Shown here: positions 19,789 through 29,012 of the stretch, piece by piece | How the letters are laid out: every line of letters starts with the position of its first letter | How positions within the stretch are numbered: the first letter of the stretch is position 1 | From: Candidatus Bathyarchaeota archaeon | GTDB taxonomy: Archaea; Thermoproteota; Bathyarchaeia; Bathyarchaeales; Bathycorpusculaceae | Assembly (NCBI GenBank): GCA_963775465.1 | Contig: CAVZIW010000002.1 | Location: 32,001-96,000 of the forward strand | Direction: 5' to 3' | Length of the DNA: 64,000 nt | The notes under the pieces: generated by a model | What the model was told of the DNA's origin: nothing | Database searches by the model: none | What the model saw: only the letters and a program-made list of their open reading frames with translations | Translations under genes and position numbers: made by a program

Positions 19789-21033
19789 ATGGCAAAACTT
19801 TCCTCTAACCCAACTATAGTCGTTAAATTTGGCGGTTCTAGCCTATCTGACCACGAAAGACTCTTAAAAGCAGTTAGGGCAGTTGTAAACGAAACAAAAA
19901 AAGGCGTCAAAATTGCGGTAGTAGTTTCCGCCATGGGCAAAACCACCGATGTCCTAATGAAAACTGCCAAAAATACTTCAAACGGCAAACTAGCTAAGCA
20001 CGAGTTAGACGATATTCTTTCTATGGGGGAACGTACTAGTGTTCGCATCTTCGCCACCGCCCTTCGAAACAACGGTATTGACGCCTGCTATTTTGACCCC
20101 ATGGACAGCAAATGGCCTATCGTAACTGATGACTCATTTCAAAACGCTAATCCCATCGTCAAAGAATGTGAGAAGAACATCAAAGAATGCATACTTCCCC
20201 TTGTGAAGGCAGGTACTGTTCCGGTTATCGCTGGGTTTGTGGGTAAAACTAAAGATGGAAAAATCACAACACTTGGCAGAGGCGGCAGTGATACTTCCGC
20301 ATTCATTTTGGCTCAAGGTCTGGACGCCAATCAAATTGTCTTGGTCACAAACGCAGCTGGAATAATGTCAGGTGACCCCAAAATAATTGCTGCTCCTCAA
20401 CTTCTTCCAACAATTAACGTTACTACTCTTGTAGGATTGGCAGATTCAGGAGCCAAATTCATTCACAGTAAAGCTCTGAAGTATAAACCTAAAGATATAG
20501 ACATCAAAGTCATAAGTAATGCGCACGGCGATTTGAGTCATTCTGGGACAATCATTACGGGTGGATTAGCAACAGAACTTGACGCTGAAATTGCTCACCC
20601 AACCCAAGTTGTAGAAATTACTGTTATCGGCAATGGCTTGTCGGCAAACCCTGAAATAATCAATGCCTTGGTGGAAAAAGTTAGAGCTCACTCTATGCTA
20701 CTTGGAATGTCCATGAACACCAACTCAATCATCCTTTATGTTCCTCAAGAAAGGAGCATTGATACTCTCTTTAATCAAATTCACAAAATAACAATTGGTA
20801 ATAAGGAAACGATAGCAATGGCGGTCAAAAAGGATCTAGTGTTTATAAAAACCAGCGGAGTTGGTTTGGAGGAGACGCATGGAATAATAGGAAAAATCAG
20901 CGAGGATTTGCGTGTTAGCGGCATAAATATTTCTGGTATACTTACAATTACTTCTAGCATTCTTTTATTTGTGGATTGGAATGAAAAAGAGAAAGCATTA
21001 AAGTTAATTAAAAGCTCTCTCAAACAAAGTTAA
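19789..21033 (+). CDS. Second aspartate kinase, first gene of the aromatic operon
   Basis: VKFGGSS, VVVSAMGKTTD, SMGER, LGRGGSDTSA and degenerate ACT domains. Confidence 0.85.
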   Translation: MAKLSSNPTIVVKFGGSSLSDHERLLKAVRAVVNETKKGVKIAVVVSAMGKTTDVLMKTAKNTSNGKLAKHELDDILSMGERTSVRIFATALRNNGIDACYFDPMDSKWPIVTDDSFQNANPIVKECEKNIKECILPLVKAGTVPVIAGFVGKTKDGKITTLGRGGSDTSAFILAQGLDANQIVLVTNAAGIMSGDPKIIAAPQLLPTINVTTLVGLADSGAKFIHSKALKYKPKDIDIKVISNAHGDLSHSGTIITGGLATELDAEIAHPTQVVEITVIGNGLSANPEIINALVEKVRAHSMLLGMSMNTNSIILYVPQERSIDTLFNQIHKITIGNKETIAMAVKKDLVFIKTSGVGLEETHGIIGKISEDLRVSGINISGILTITSSILLFVDWNEKEKALKLIKSSLKQS

Positions 21034-21043
21034 GGTGGAAAGT

Positions 21044-21835
21044 ATGAACGAAGGTAAAACCCGCAGACTAAAAAGAATCATGCAAAAAGATAACCGTACA
21101 GTTATCGTGCCCATGGATCATGGTGTAACCATTGGACCAATTCAAGGCTTAACCGACATGCAAACCATAACTAACCAGCTAGTAAAAGGTGGAGTTGACG
21201 CTATACTTGTCCACAAAGGCATAGCTAAACGCGTTGACACAGCAAACGCAGGTTTAATCGTCATGCTTTCAGGGATGTCCAACCGTAGTCCGAACGTAAA
21301 CGGAAAAGTCCAAGTTTGTAGCGTGAAGGAAGCCATACACATCGGCGCAGATGCAGTAAGCGTTCATGTGAACATTGGAGCACAAGACGAAAATAAAATG
21401 CTTAAAAACTTAGGCAAAGTTTCTGAAGAATGCGACGAATTCGGTTTACCATTGTTAGCCATGATGTATCCGCGGGGTCCAAAAATCCAAAATGAACATG
21501 AACCAGAGGCAGTAGCGCATGCTGCAAGAATCGGTGCTGAACTTGGTGCAGACATCATCAAAACTAACTACACAGGTGACATAGAAACCTTCAAGGCAGT
21601 TGTTGAAAGCTGTCCTTCTCCAGTTGTAATAGCTGGAGGACCAAAATGTAAGTCTCCTGAAGAGATCCTTCAGACCACATGCGACGCAATAAAAGCTGGA
21701 GCTGCTGGTCTCTCGATAGGCAGAAACGTGTTTCAGTGTGAAAGCCCAACACAAATTTCCAAAGCCCTATGTGCTATAGTTCACCAAAACGCGAGCGTTG
21801 AGCAGACGCTAAAATTTCTCGGTGATAAGCGTTGA
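21044..21835 (+). CDS. aroA': 2-amino-3,7-dideoxy-D-threo-hept-6-ulosonate (ADH) synthase, class I aldolase
   Basis: IVPMDHG, AMMYPRG, GAELGADIIKTNY, GRNVFQ; next to DHQ synthase II. ATG 21044 follows SD AGGTGG. Confidence 0.9.
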   Translation: MNEGKTRRLKRIMQKDNRTVIVPMDHGVTIGPIQGLTDMQTITNQLVKGGVDAILVHKGIAKRVDTANAGLIVMLSGMSNRSPNVNGKVQVCSVKEAIHIGADAVSVHVNIGAQDENKMLKNLGKVSEECDEFGLPLLAMMYPRGPKIQNEHEPEAVAHAARIGAELGADIIKTNYTGDIETFKAVVESCPSPVVIAGGPKCKSPEEILQTTCDAIKAGAAGLSIGRNVFQCESPTQISKALCAIVHQNASVEQTLKFLGDKR

Positions 21836-22852
21836 AGGAACTCTGGGTAGAAATCACACAAGATCAAAAAGGAGGAATGCAGTCTCTAATTACTCAATAC
21901 TGCGATGCAGTCGTCGAAGGGGACCAAGCTACTTTTTTAGCAAACAAAGAAAGCCTCCGAGTAATCTCTCTCTCAGCTAATAATTTGGAAAAAATCAAAT
22001 CAGGCAGTGAAATTGTAAGAATTTGCATTGAGGATAAAGCAACAGAAGACCTGATCGTGAAAGCTGCAGACTTAGGTGCGAGATACTTAATCATCAGTTG
22101 TGCTAATTGGCGTGTAATTCCTCTTGAAAATCTTATCGCAAGAATAAAAAGTAAGAGCAAATTAATAGCCGAAGTAACCAACGCCGAAGAAGCAAAAGTG
22201 GCAGTGGATACTCTTGAATTGGGAACTAACGGCGTTTTGCTTAGAACTTCAGATCCCGAAGAACTAAAAAAAACCATTGCTGTAGTTAAGCCCGATGCCT
22301 TGAATCTTGATATGGCTGAGGCCAAAATTATTACAACTAAACCCATCAGTAATGGAGCACGAGTTTGTGTGGATACCTGCGATATGATGAGCGCAGGTGA
22401 AGGGATGCTTGTCGGTAGCCAAAGTGCGGGTTTGTTTTTGGTAGAAGCGGAGGTTCATGAAAATCCATACGTAGCTTCCCGACCCTTCAGGGTGAATGCA
22501 GGTTCGTTATCTATGTACACATTGGGCAATTTGGAAACTACACGTTACCTTCAAGAGTTCAAAGCTGGAGATGAAGTTGTAGTAGTTAATCGTGAAGGCA
22601 AAACCCGAAAAACCAACGTTGGTAGAATAAAGATAGAAATTAGACCGCTTATCCTTGTTGAAGCCCAAGTGAACGGCAAAATCATAAAAACTATCCTGCA
22701 AAATGCCGAAACAATCCGAGTTGTTACACCCAAAGACTCTAAACCCGTGACAGACCTAAAACCGGGTGATGAAGTCGTCGTGCATCTCAGCCGCGAAGGG
22801 AGGAAGACACTTCGGCATATCAGTGCCTAAAGAAACGGTGATTGAGAAGTGA
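21832..22852 (+). CDS. aroB': 3-dehydroquinate synthase II, with an apparent 1-nt frameshift near the 3' end
   Basis: W.VIPLENLIA, RVCVDTC, PYVASRPFRVNAG, LQNAETIR. The conserved tail GRHFG...ETVIEK* is in a shifted frame after GGG 22798-22800, and its stop overlaps the aroD GTG. Confidence 0.9.
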
Positions 22853-23532
22853 GTGTGAGAATCTGTGTTTCGATTCTCCCAAAAGAAATGACAGAAGCCC
22901 TAAATCTAATTGAAAAGGCAGAGAAGGCTCATTCTGACTTTATCGAAATTCGACTCGACTGCTTTGAAGAATCGCGAAACCTCAAAGATCTCAAAGAAAG
23001 CACAAGAATTCCCTTGATTGCCACAAATAAACTTGTAAACGAAAAAGGCTTTTTTGCAGGAACAGAGGCTGAACGTCAGCAAACCCTTCTAAATGCCGCC
23101 GTTAACGGTTTTGAATACATTGATGTTGATTCTTCAAGCTCAAAATGTGCTGAAACCATACGTCAACTCAGAGAATTTGGAGCAAAACCAATTGTTTCAT
23201 ACCACAATTATAATGGCGTTATAGATACTTTCAAAATGGAAAAGATTCTTAACGAACATATCGCTCAAGGCGCGGCAGTTTGCAAAATCGTTACTACCGC
23301 AAAACAGTTTGACGATAATTTACCTGTTTTAAGTTTTGTTTCTTTTGCTTCAGCTAAGTCTAAGCTGGTTTGTTTCTGCATGGGTGAAAAAGGAAAAATC
23401 TCTAGACTTCTTTCGCCCATGTTTGGTGCTTACTTTACATTTGCTTCGCTGGAAGGTGATTCAACCGCTCCGGGGCAAATGAGTATTGCCGAAATGCGTA
23501 AAGCCTACGCTTTATTGGGAGTTAAGCAATGA
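22849..23532 (+). CDS. aroD: Type I 3-dehydroquinate dehydratase
   Basis: IEIRLD, IVSYHN, CKIVT, FCMGEKGKISR, TAPGQ. Confidence 0.92.
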   Translation: MSVRICVSILPKEMTEALNLIEKAEKAHSDFIEIRLDCFEESRNLKDLKESTRIPLIATNKLVNEKGFFAGTEAERQQTLLNAAVNGFEYIDVDSSSSKCAETIRQLREFGAKPIVSYHNYNGVIDTFKMEKILNEHIAQGAAVCKIVTTAKQFDDNLPVLSFVSFASAKSKLVCFCMGEKGKISRLLSPMFGAYFTFASLEGDSTAPGQMSIAEMRKAYALLGVKQ

Positions 23533-24386
23533 ATATTTCGGGAAAAACACGCATCTGCGGAGTCATAGGTGACCCCATAGAACACAGCTTAAGCCCTCTA
23601 ATTCACAATGCTGCATTTCAGGAACTTAAGATAAATTATGTATATTTAGCTTTCAAAGTCAAGCCAGCTGAAGTTGCCAACGCAGTGAACGGTATGCGCG
23701 CCTTAAACATTCGCGGTTTGAACGTTACAATGCCCCATAAGAGCGCTGTAGTAAAACATTTAGATAGAGTTGATTTGTCAGCGCAAATCGTAAACTCTGT
23801 TAACACAATCTTGAATAAAGAAAATCTTCTTTTCGGGTTTAACACTGATGGTTTGGGTGCCCTTAGAGCTTTAAAAGAAAACGGAGTTGAACTTAAAGGT
23901 AGAAAAGTTCTTTTGTTAGGGGCTGGAGGCGCTTCACGAGCTATTGCTTACGCATTGGCAAAAGAAGCTGATGAAATTGCCGTTTTGAATCGCACAGTTA
24001 AACCTGCCCAAGCCTTGGCTAAAGTTTTGGAGAGAGCACTTACCAAAAAAGTCACCGTGGGTACTCTTTCACATAGCGATATAGCTCTTAATCTTAGAGA
24101 TTCAGATATTCTTGTTAACGCAACATCCATGGGTATGAAACCTCACTTCGACGATAGTCCCGTGCCTTCTAAATTGTTAAGACCTGATTTGGCAGTTATG
24201 GATATTGTTTACAATCCACTTGAAACAAAGCTTGTAAAAGAAGCAAAGATTGCTGGAGCTAAAGTAATTAATGGTGTGGAAATGCTCATTTATCAAGGGG
24301 CCGCATCACTTGAGCTTTGGACAGGTAAATCTGCTCCTGTTGAAGCAATGCGACAAGCATCGTTAAAACACTTAATGAAGGTATAA
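23529..24386 (+). CDS. aroE: Shikimate dehydrogenase
   Basis: GDPIEHSLSP, NVTMPHK, NTDG, GAGGA, DIVYNP, MLIYQG. Confidence 0.95.
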   Translation: MNISGKTRICGVIGDPIEHSLSPLIHNAAFQELKINYVYLAFKVKPAEVANAVNGMRALNIRGLNVTMPHKSAVVKHLDRVDLSAQIVNSVNTILNKENLLFGFNTDGLGALRALKENGVELKGRKVLLLGAGGASRAIAYALAKEADEIAVLNRTVKPAQALAKVLERALTKKVTVGTLSHSDIALNLRDSDILVNATSMGMKPHFDDSPVPSKLLRPDLAVMDIVYNPLETKLVKEAKIAGAKVINGVEMLIYQGAASLELWTGKSAPVEAMRQASLKHLMKV

Positions 24387-24389
24387 CCT

Positions 24390-25262
24390 GTGTCGGGAAA
24401 AGCTACGGCGTTAGTTCATGGGGCTGCAACAATCGTCAATGCGATTGCGTTAGGAAAGGGTGCAGCGTTTGGGGTTGATTTGTGGACTAAGGCAGAAGTC
24501 AAACTAACTGATGAGCCAGGTGTTATTTTGGCAGAGATTGTGTCTGACCATAAAGAAAGCACGCTTTTGATCGAAAAAACGGCTGTAAGGGTTTTGCAGC
24601 ATTTTAGTTTGGAGAAGAGTTTTGGTGTAAAAGTAAAAACTCAATCGAATATCCCCATTGCACGTGGACTAAAGAGTAGTAGTGCAGCTGCAAATGCAAC
24701 AGCTCTTGCCGTCGTTGCGGCTTTGGAAAAACTTCGAGATGACTTAGAAATTGTTAAAATCGGTGTGGAAGCGGCTTTTGCCGCAAAAGTCACCGTAACA
24801 GGAGCGTTTGATGATGCCTGTGCTTCATACTTTGGTGGGGTTGTAATAACGGATAACTTGAACAAAAAAATAATCAAGCAGATGCAGCTGACGGAAGATT
24901 TTTCTGTACTTTTCCATGTGCCCCCCCAGAAAGTTTACACTGCTGACTCAAACTTGAATCGACTTCAAACTGTCAAACCGCTTGTGGAAATGGCGTTCAA
25001 GTCCGCTTTGGAAGGTAAAGTTTGGGAAGCCCTAACTCTTAATGGATTAGTTTACTCCTCAGCCTCCAATCTAAACCCAGCAATCGCTATAGACGCTTTA
25101 GCAGCTGGAGCTGTGGCGGCTGGTCTTTGTGGCAAAGGACCTGCTGTTACCTCTGTGGTTTCAAAGGATAAAGTTGATTCGGTAAAAGCTGCCTTGAAAA
25201 ACTATGAAGGCGAAATCTTGCAGACAAAATTGAACCGTGAAAAAGCAAAGGTGATAACATAA
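24390..25262 (+). CDS. aroK: Archaeal (GHMP-family) shikimate kinase
   Basis: GAATIVNAIALGKGAAFG, GLKSSSA, VTGAFDDA, GLCGKGP. Confidence 0.92.
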   Translation: MSGKATALVHGAATIVNAIALGKGAAFGVDLWTKAEVKLTDEPGVILAEIVSDHKESTLLIEKTAVRVLQHFSLEKSFGVKVKTQSNIPIARGLKSSSAAANATALAVVAALEKLRDDLEIVKIGVEAAFAAKVTVTGAFDDACASYFGGVVITDNLNKKIIKQMQLTEDFSVLFHVPPQKVYTADSNLNRLQTVKPLVEMAFKSALEGKVWEALTLNGLVYSSASNLNPAIAIDALAAGAVAAGLCGKGPAVTSVVSKDKVDSVKAALKNYEGEILQTKLNREKAKVIT

Positions 25263-26560
25263 CGGCAACAGTCACGATCAGAAAAGCTCGAAGACTCAAT
25301 GGACAAATTTGCGCACCTTCCTCTAAATCATACACACAAAGAATGACTATAGCTGCTGCGCTTTGCTATGGGGTTTCTAAGGTTTCTGATCCCTTATTGT
25401 CCGAGGACACCGAAGCCACACTCCGAGCCATAACCGCTTTAGGTGCAAAAGTGAAAACCTCAGAGGGTTGTTGGACTATAGAGGGTGCAAAGACTCTTAA
25501 AGGCTCAAATGAGCCAATTGACTGTGGAGAATCAGGCACAACGCTTCGTTTCATGATTCCAATAGCTGCGTTAGCCAATGGCTCTTCGACTTTGGTTTTT
25601 AGAGGTTCTCTCGATAAACGCCCAGTGGAACCCTTGCTTACAAGCCTCAAAGAACTCGGAGCAAAAGCGGATGCTGGAAATCTGGATGCCAAAGACGCTG
25701 TTTTTGTGGAGGGTGGCGGAATTGTTGGTGGGGAAACTTACATTGCTGGGGATGTGAGTTCTCAGTTTATTTCTGGTTTGATGTTTGCGTGCCCACGAGC
25801 TGAAGTGGACACAGAAATAATGTTGACTTCACCTTTAGAGTCTGCAGACTATGTCAAGATGACAGAGGCTGTTCTATCTAATCACGGAATCAAAGTGCCA
25901 GCACACGAAAAACACATACATATCCCCGCAAAACAAACCTACCTGCCTTCCGATGGTATAGTTCCGGGCGATTTCTCTTCAGCTGCTTTCCTTCTTGCCG
26001 CTGCAGCCATAACAGAATCTAGAATTCAAGTAAATAACCTCAACTACGGCAGAATCCAGGGAGATCAAGCAATTATTGGGGTCCTAAAGCAAATGGGTGT
26101 TGAGGGGAAAGTGTGTGAGGAAAGCGTTGAGATTGAAGGCTCAGGCTATCTGCTTAAACCTGTAGAAGTTGATGCTAAGAATATTCCTGACCTTGTACCT
26201 GTTATTGCTGTCTTGGCATGTTATGCGCAAGGGCTTACTCACATTTTTGGAGCTCATAGACTTCGTTTAAAAGAGTCTAACCGCCTTGAGTCGCTATACC
26301 TTGAGTTAACAAAAATGGGTGCACAAATCACCCTCAACGATGATGGTTTACTTATACAGGGTGGCTCACTTCTGCATGGTGCAACAATAGACCCACATAA
26401 TGACCACCGAATTGCAATGGCTTGTGCAGTTGCTGCTTTACGTGCAGAAGGAGAAACAACGATTCAAAATGCTGACTGTGTCAGAAAGTCTTATCCACAA
26501 TTCTTCACTCATCTAAAGCAAATAGGAGTAGATTTAGTTGGCAGGAAATTCGATAGGTAA
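25259..26560 (+). CDS. aroA: EPSP synthase (3-phosphoshikimate 1-carboxyvinyltransferase)
   Basis: The conserved GQICAPSSKSYTQR lies upstream of the ORF-track start (25343); also GESGTTLR, SSQFISG, RLKESNR, DHRIAM. Probable ATA start at 25259. Confidence 0.93.
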   Translation: MTATVTIRKARRLNGQICAPSSKSYTQRMTIAAALCYGVSKVSDPLLSEDTEATLRAITALGAKVKTSEGCWTIEGAKTLKGSNEPIDCGESGTTLRFMIPIAALANGSSTLVFRGSLDKRPVEPLLTSLKELGAKADAGNLDAKDAVFVEGGGIVGGETYIAGDVSSQFISGLMFACPRAEVDTEIMLTSPLESADYVKMTEAVLSNHGIKVPAHEKHIHIPAKQTYLPSDGIVPGDFSSAAFLLAAAAITESRIQVNNLNYGRIQGDQAIIGVLKQMGVEGKVCEESVEIEGSGYLLKPVEVDAKNIPDLVPVIAVLACYAQGLTHIFGAHRLRLKESNRLESLYLELTKMGAQITLNDDGLLIQGGSLLHGATIDPHNDHRIAMACAVAALRAEGETTIQNADCVRKSYPQFFTHLKQIGVDLVGRKFDR

Positions 26561-27641
26561 AGAATTTGTTGTTACCACGTTTGGCGAAAGCCACGGAAGC
26601 GTTATCGGCGTTATTGTGGACGGTTGCCCCGCAGGATTACCGCTAGTCGAAGCTGATTTTCAAGAGGAGCTCGATCGTAGGATTCCGGCTGAAACAAAAA
26701 TTGTTTCTGCACGTATCGAGAAAGATATTGCCAAAATATTCAGCGGTGTTTTCAATGGTCTCACAACTGGTGCCCCCATCACTTTGATGGTTGAGAATAA
26801 AGACGTGAAATCTGGTGATTACGAAGAAATCAAGGATTTGCCAAGACCTGGTCAAGCGGATTACCCTGCACGAATTAAATACGGCGGCTTTAACGATTAC
26901 AGAGGAGGCGGGCGTTTCTCTGGACGCATCACTGTTGCGTTAATCATGGCTGGCACAATAGCCAAGAAGCTACTCGGTCGATACAATATCGATGTTTTGG
27001 CCTACACACTGGCGATTGGTGACATTAAATCTGAAAAACATTTTAGTTCCGCAGAGATCAGGAAAAACCGGGATGCTGCTGCTACGAGGTGCCCCGATTT
27101 AATTTGTGCTGATAAGATGGAGCAAGCTATCGTGGAAGCTAAAAAAGAAGGTGACAGCTTGGGTGGTATAGTCGAATGTGTCGCAGTTAACATGCCTGTG
27201 GGAATTGGCGAGCCGTTGTTTGATACACTAGACGGTGACTTGGCTAAAGTGTTGTTCGCCGTTCCAGCCGTGAAAGGCGTTGAATTCGGTATCGGTTTTG
27301 CGTCGGCTAATCTTCGGGGTTCAGAAAACAATGATGCTTACAAATCAAGTAATGGTAAGGTTACAACTTTGACTGAGAATGCTGGTGGCATCTTGGGCGG
27401 TTTATCCAGTGGCATGCCAATACTGATAAGGGTAGCGATAAAACCTACTCCTTCTATCGCCAAGGAGCAGAAGACTGTTAACGTTTGTACTTTGGAGAAT
27501 GCTGCCTTAAGTGTTAAGGGAAGACATGACCCTTGTATAGTTCCAAAAGCTGTACCTGCTATCGAAGCAGCAGTTGCTATAACTTTAGCTGATCATATGA
27601 TTCGCTCAGGCTATATGCCGCAAGTTATAAAGGAGCACTAA
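26538..27641 (+). CDS. aroC: Chorismate synthase
   Basis: TFGESHG, RPGQAD, RGGGRFSGR, KPTPSI, GRHDPC. Confidence 0.96.
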   Translation: MAGNSIGKEFVVTTFGESHGSVIGVIVDGCPAGLPLVEADFQEELDRRIPAETKIVSARIEKDIAKIFSGVFNGLTTGAPITLMVENKDVKSGDYEEIKDLPRPGQADYPARIKYGGFNDYRGGGRFSGRITVALIMAGTIAKKLLGRYNIDVLAYTLAIGDIKSEKHFSSAEIRKNRDAAATRCPDLICADKMEQAIVEAKKEGDSLGGIVECVAVNMPVGIGEPLFDTLDGDLAKVLFAVPAVKGVEFGIGFASANLRGSENNDAYKSSNGKVTTLTENAGGILGGLSSGMPILIRVAIKPTPSIAKEQKTVNVCTLENAALSVKGRHDPCIVPKAVPAIEAAVAITLADHMIRSGYMPQVIKEH

Positions 27642-27644
27642 ACC

Positions 27645-27905
27645 TTGGATGATCTCCACGTGTTTCGCCGAAGAATAGATGAAATAGACGACCAAATCTT
27701 AAACGCTCTATGTGAAAGAGCCAAGATATGCAAAGCCATCGGTGCAGCCAAGAAAAAGAAGGGAAAACCCGTTCGCGATCTCTCAAGAGAAAATCAGTTA
27801 TTCAAACGAATAGCTGCAAAGGGAATTGAATTCGGTCTTGATGCAAGTCAACTTAAAGCGGTATACCGCGAAATAGTTAATATGTGCAGTTCAGTTCAAG
27901 AATAA
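27645..27905 (+). CDS. Chorismate mutase (AroQ type)
   Basis: RRRIDEID.QIL..L.ER...IG..K......D..RE pattern; operon context. Confidence 0.88.
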   Translation: MDDLHVFRRRIDEIDDQILNALCERAKICKAIGAAKKKKGKPVRDLSRENQLFKRIAAKGIEFGLDASQLKAVYREIVNMCSSVQE

Positions 27906-27923
27906 GGAACTCTCAACGGAGAG

Positions 27924-29012
27924 TTGTTGTCTATGCTGTACGAGATCAATGAGAAAGCCCTAAAATTGGAAAGTGAAGGAAAAAAAATTATTCGGTTAAA
28001 CTTAGGTGACCCAGACTTGGCTACGCCCCCCGAAATAGTGGAAGCAGCTTTTGCTTCTATGAAAGCGGGCAAAACTAAGTACGCTTCATCTTATGGTGAG
28101 CTAAAGCTAAGGGAGAAAATCGCTGAGGTACATGGCGTTAAAGCAGAAAACGTTGTTGTTACCCCAGGTTCAAAATGGGCAGTATTCGCTACAATGTTTT
28201 TGATATTGAAGAATGGCGGCAACGTTATTATTCCAACGCCTTATTGGACAGCTTATGATTTGATCGCAAAAAGTTTTGGTGCCAAAACGAAACTGTTGCG
28301 AACAGAAATGGAAGATGGCTGGAAAGTTGATATAGACAAACTTGAGGCGTTGATTGATAAAGAAACAAAAATGATTATTATCAATAATCCGAACAACCCC
28401 ACAAGCAAAGCAATGGATAATGAAACTCTCGATTGTATAGTCGAGTTAGCCAATAAGAAAGGCGTAACAATCCTTTCTGATGAGGTTTATGGTGCAATTA
28501 GCTTTGTTAAAACTAAAAGCATCCTGGACTATGATGCTGAATGTAAGCATATCCTGTCAAACGGGTTCTCAAAAACTTTCACCATGACCGGTTGGCGCAT
28601 CGGCTATTTAATAGCCAATAAAATGTTTGTCGACAAAATAACCAAACTCAACCAAATTACCATAAATAACGTCCCGGTTTTTATCCAAGATGCAGCATTG
28701 AAAGGCTTAGAGCTAAGCAAACAAATAGCCTCCGCAATTAAAGCCAAATATAAACAACGCGCAGACCTTGCAAGTACCAAACTTTCTGCAGCAGGTTTCA
28801 AATTTACTAAACCCGATGCACCTTTCTATGTGTTCCCTAAACTTGACGGTTTAGATTCAGAGAAATTCACCCTCAATCTGCTTGAAAGAGGCGTCGCTGT
28901 GGCACCAGGGACATCATTTGGGGATTACCGCGAACACTTCCGCATCAGCTTAACGGCTCCAGACGGACAAATAGGAGACGGTCTGGATAAAATCTGTGAG
29001 GCAGTTCAATGA
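27924..29012 (+). CDS. Class I PLP aminotransferase (probable aromatic amino-acid aminotransferase)
   Basis: LGDPD, NNPNNPT, SDEVY, FSKTFTMTGWRIG. Confidence 0.88.
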   Translation: MLSMLYEINEKALKLESEGKKIIRLNLGDPDLATPPEIVEAAFASMKAGKTKYASSYGELKLREKIAEVHGVKAENVVVTPGSKWAVFATMFLILKNGGNVIIPTPYWTAYDLIAKSFGAKTKLLRTEMEDGWKVDIDKLEALIDKETKMIIINNPNNPTSKAMDNETLDCIVELANKKGVTILSDEVYGAISFVKTKSILDYDAECKHILSNGFSKTFTMTGWRIGYLIANKMFVDKITKLNQITINNVPVFIQDAALKGLELSKQIASAIKAKYKQRADLASTKLSAAGFKFTKPDAPFYVFPKLDGLDSEKFTLNLLERGVAVAPGTSFGDYREHFRISLTAPDGQIGDGLDKICEAVQ

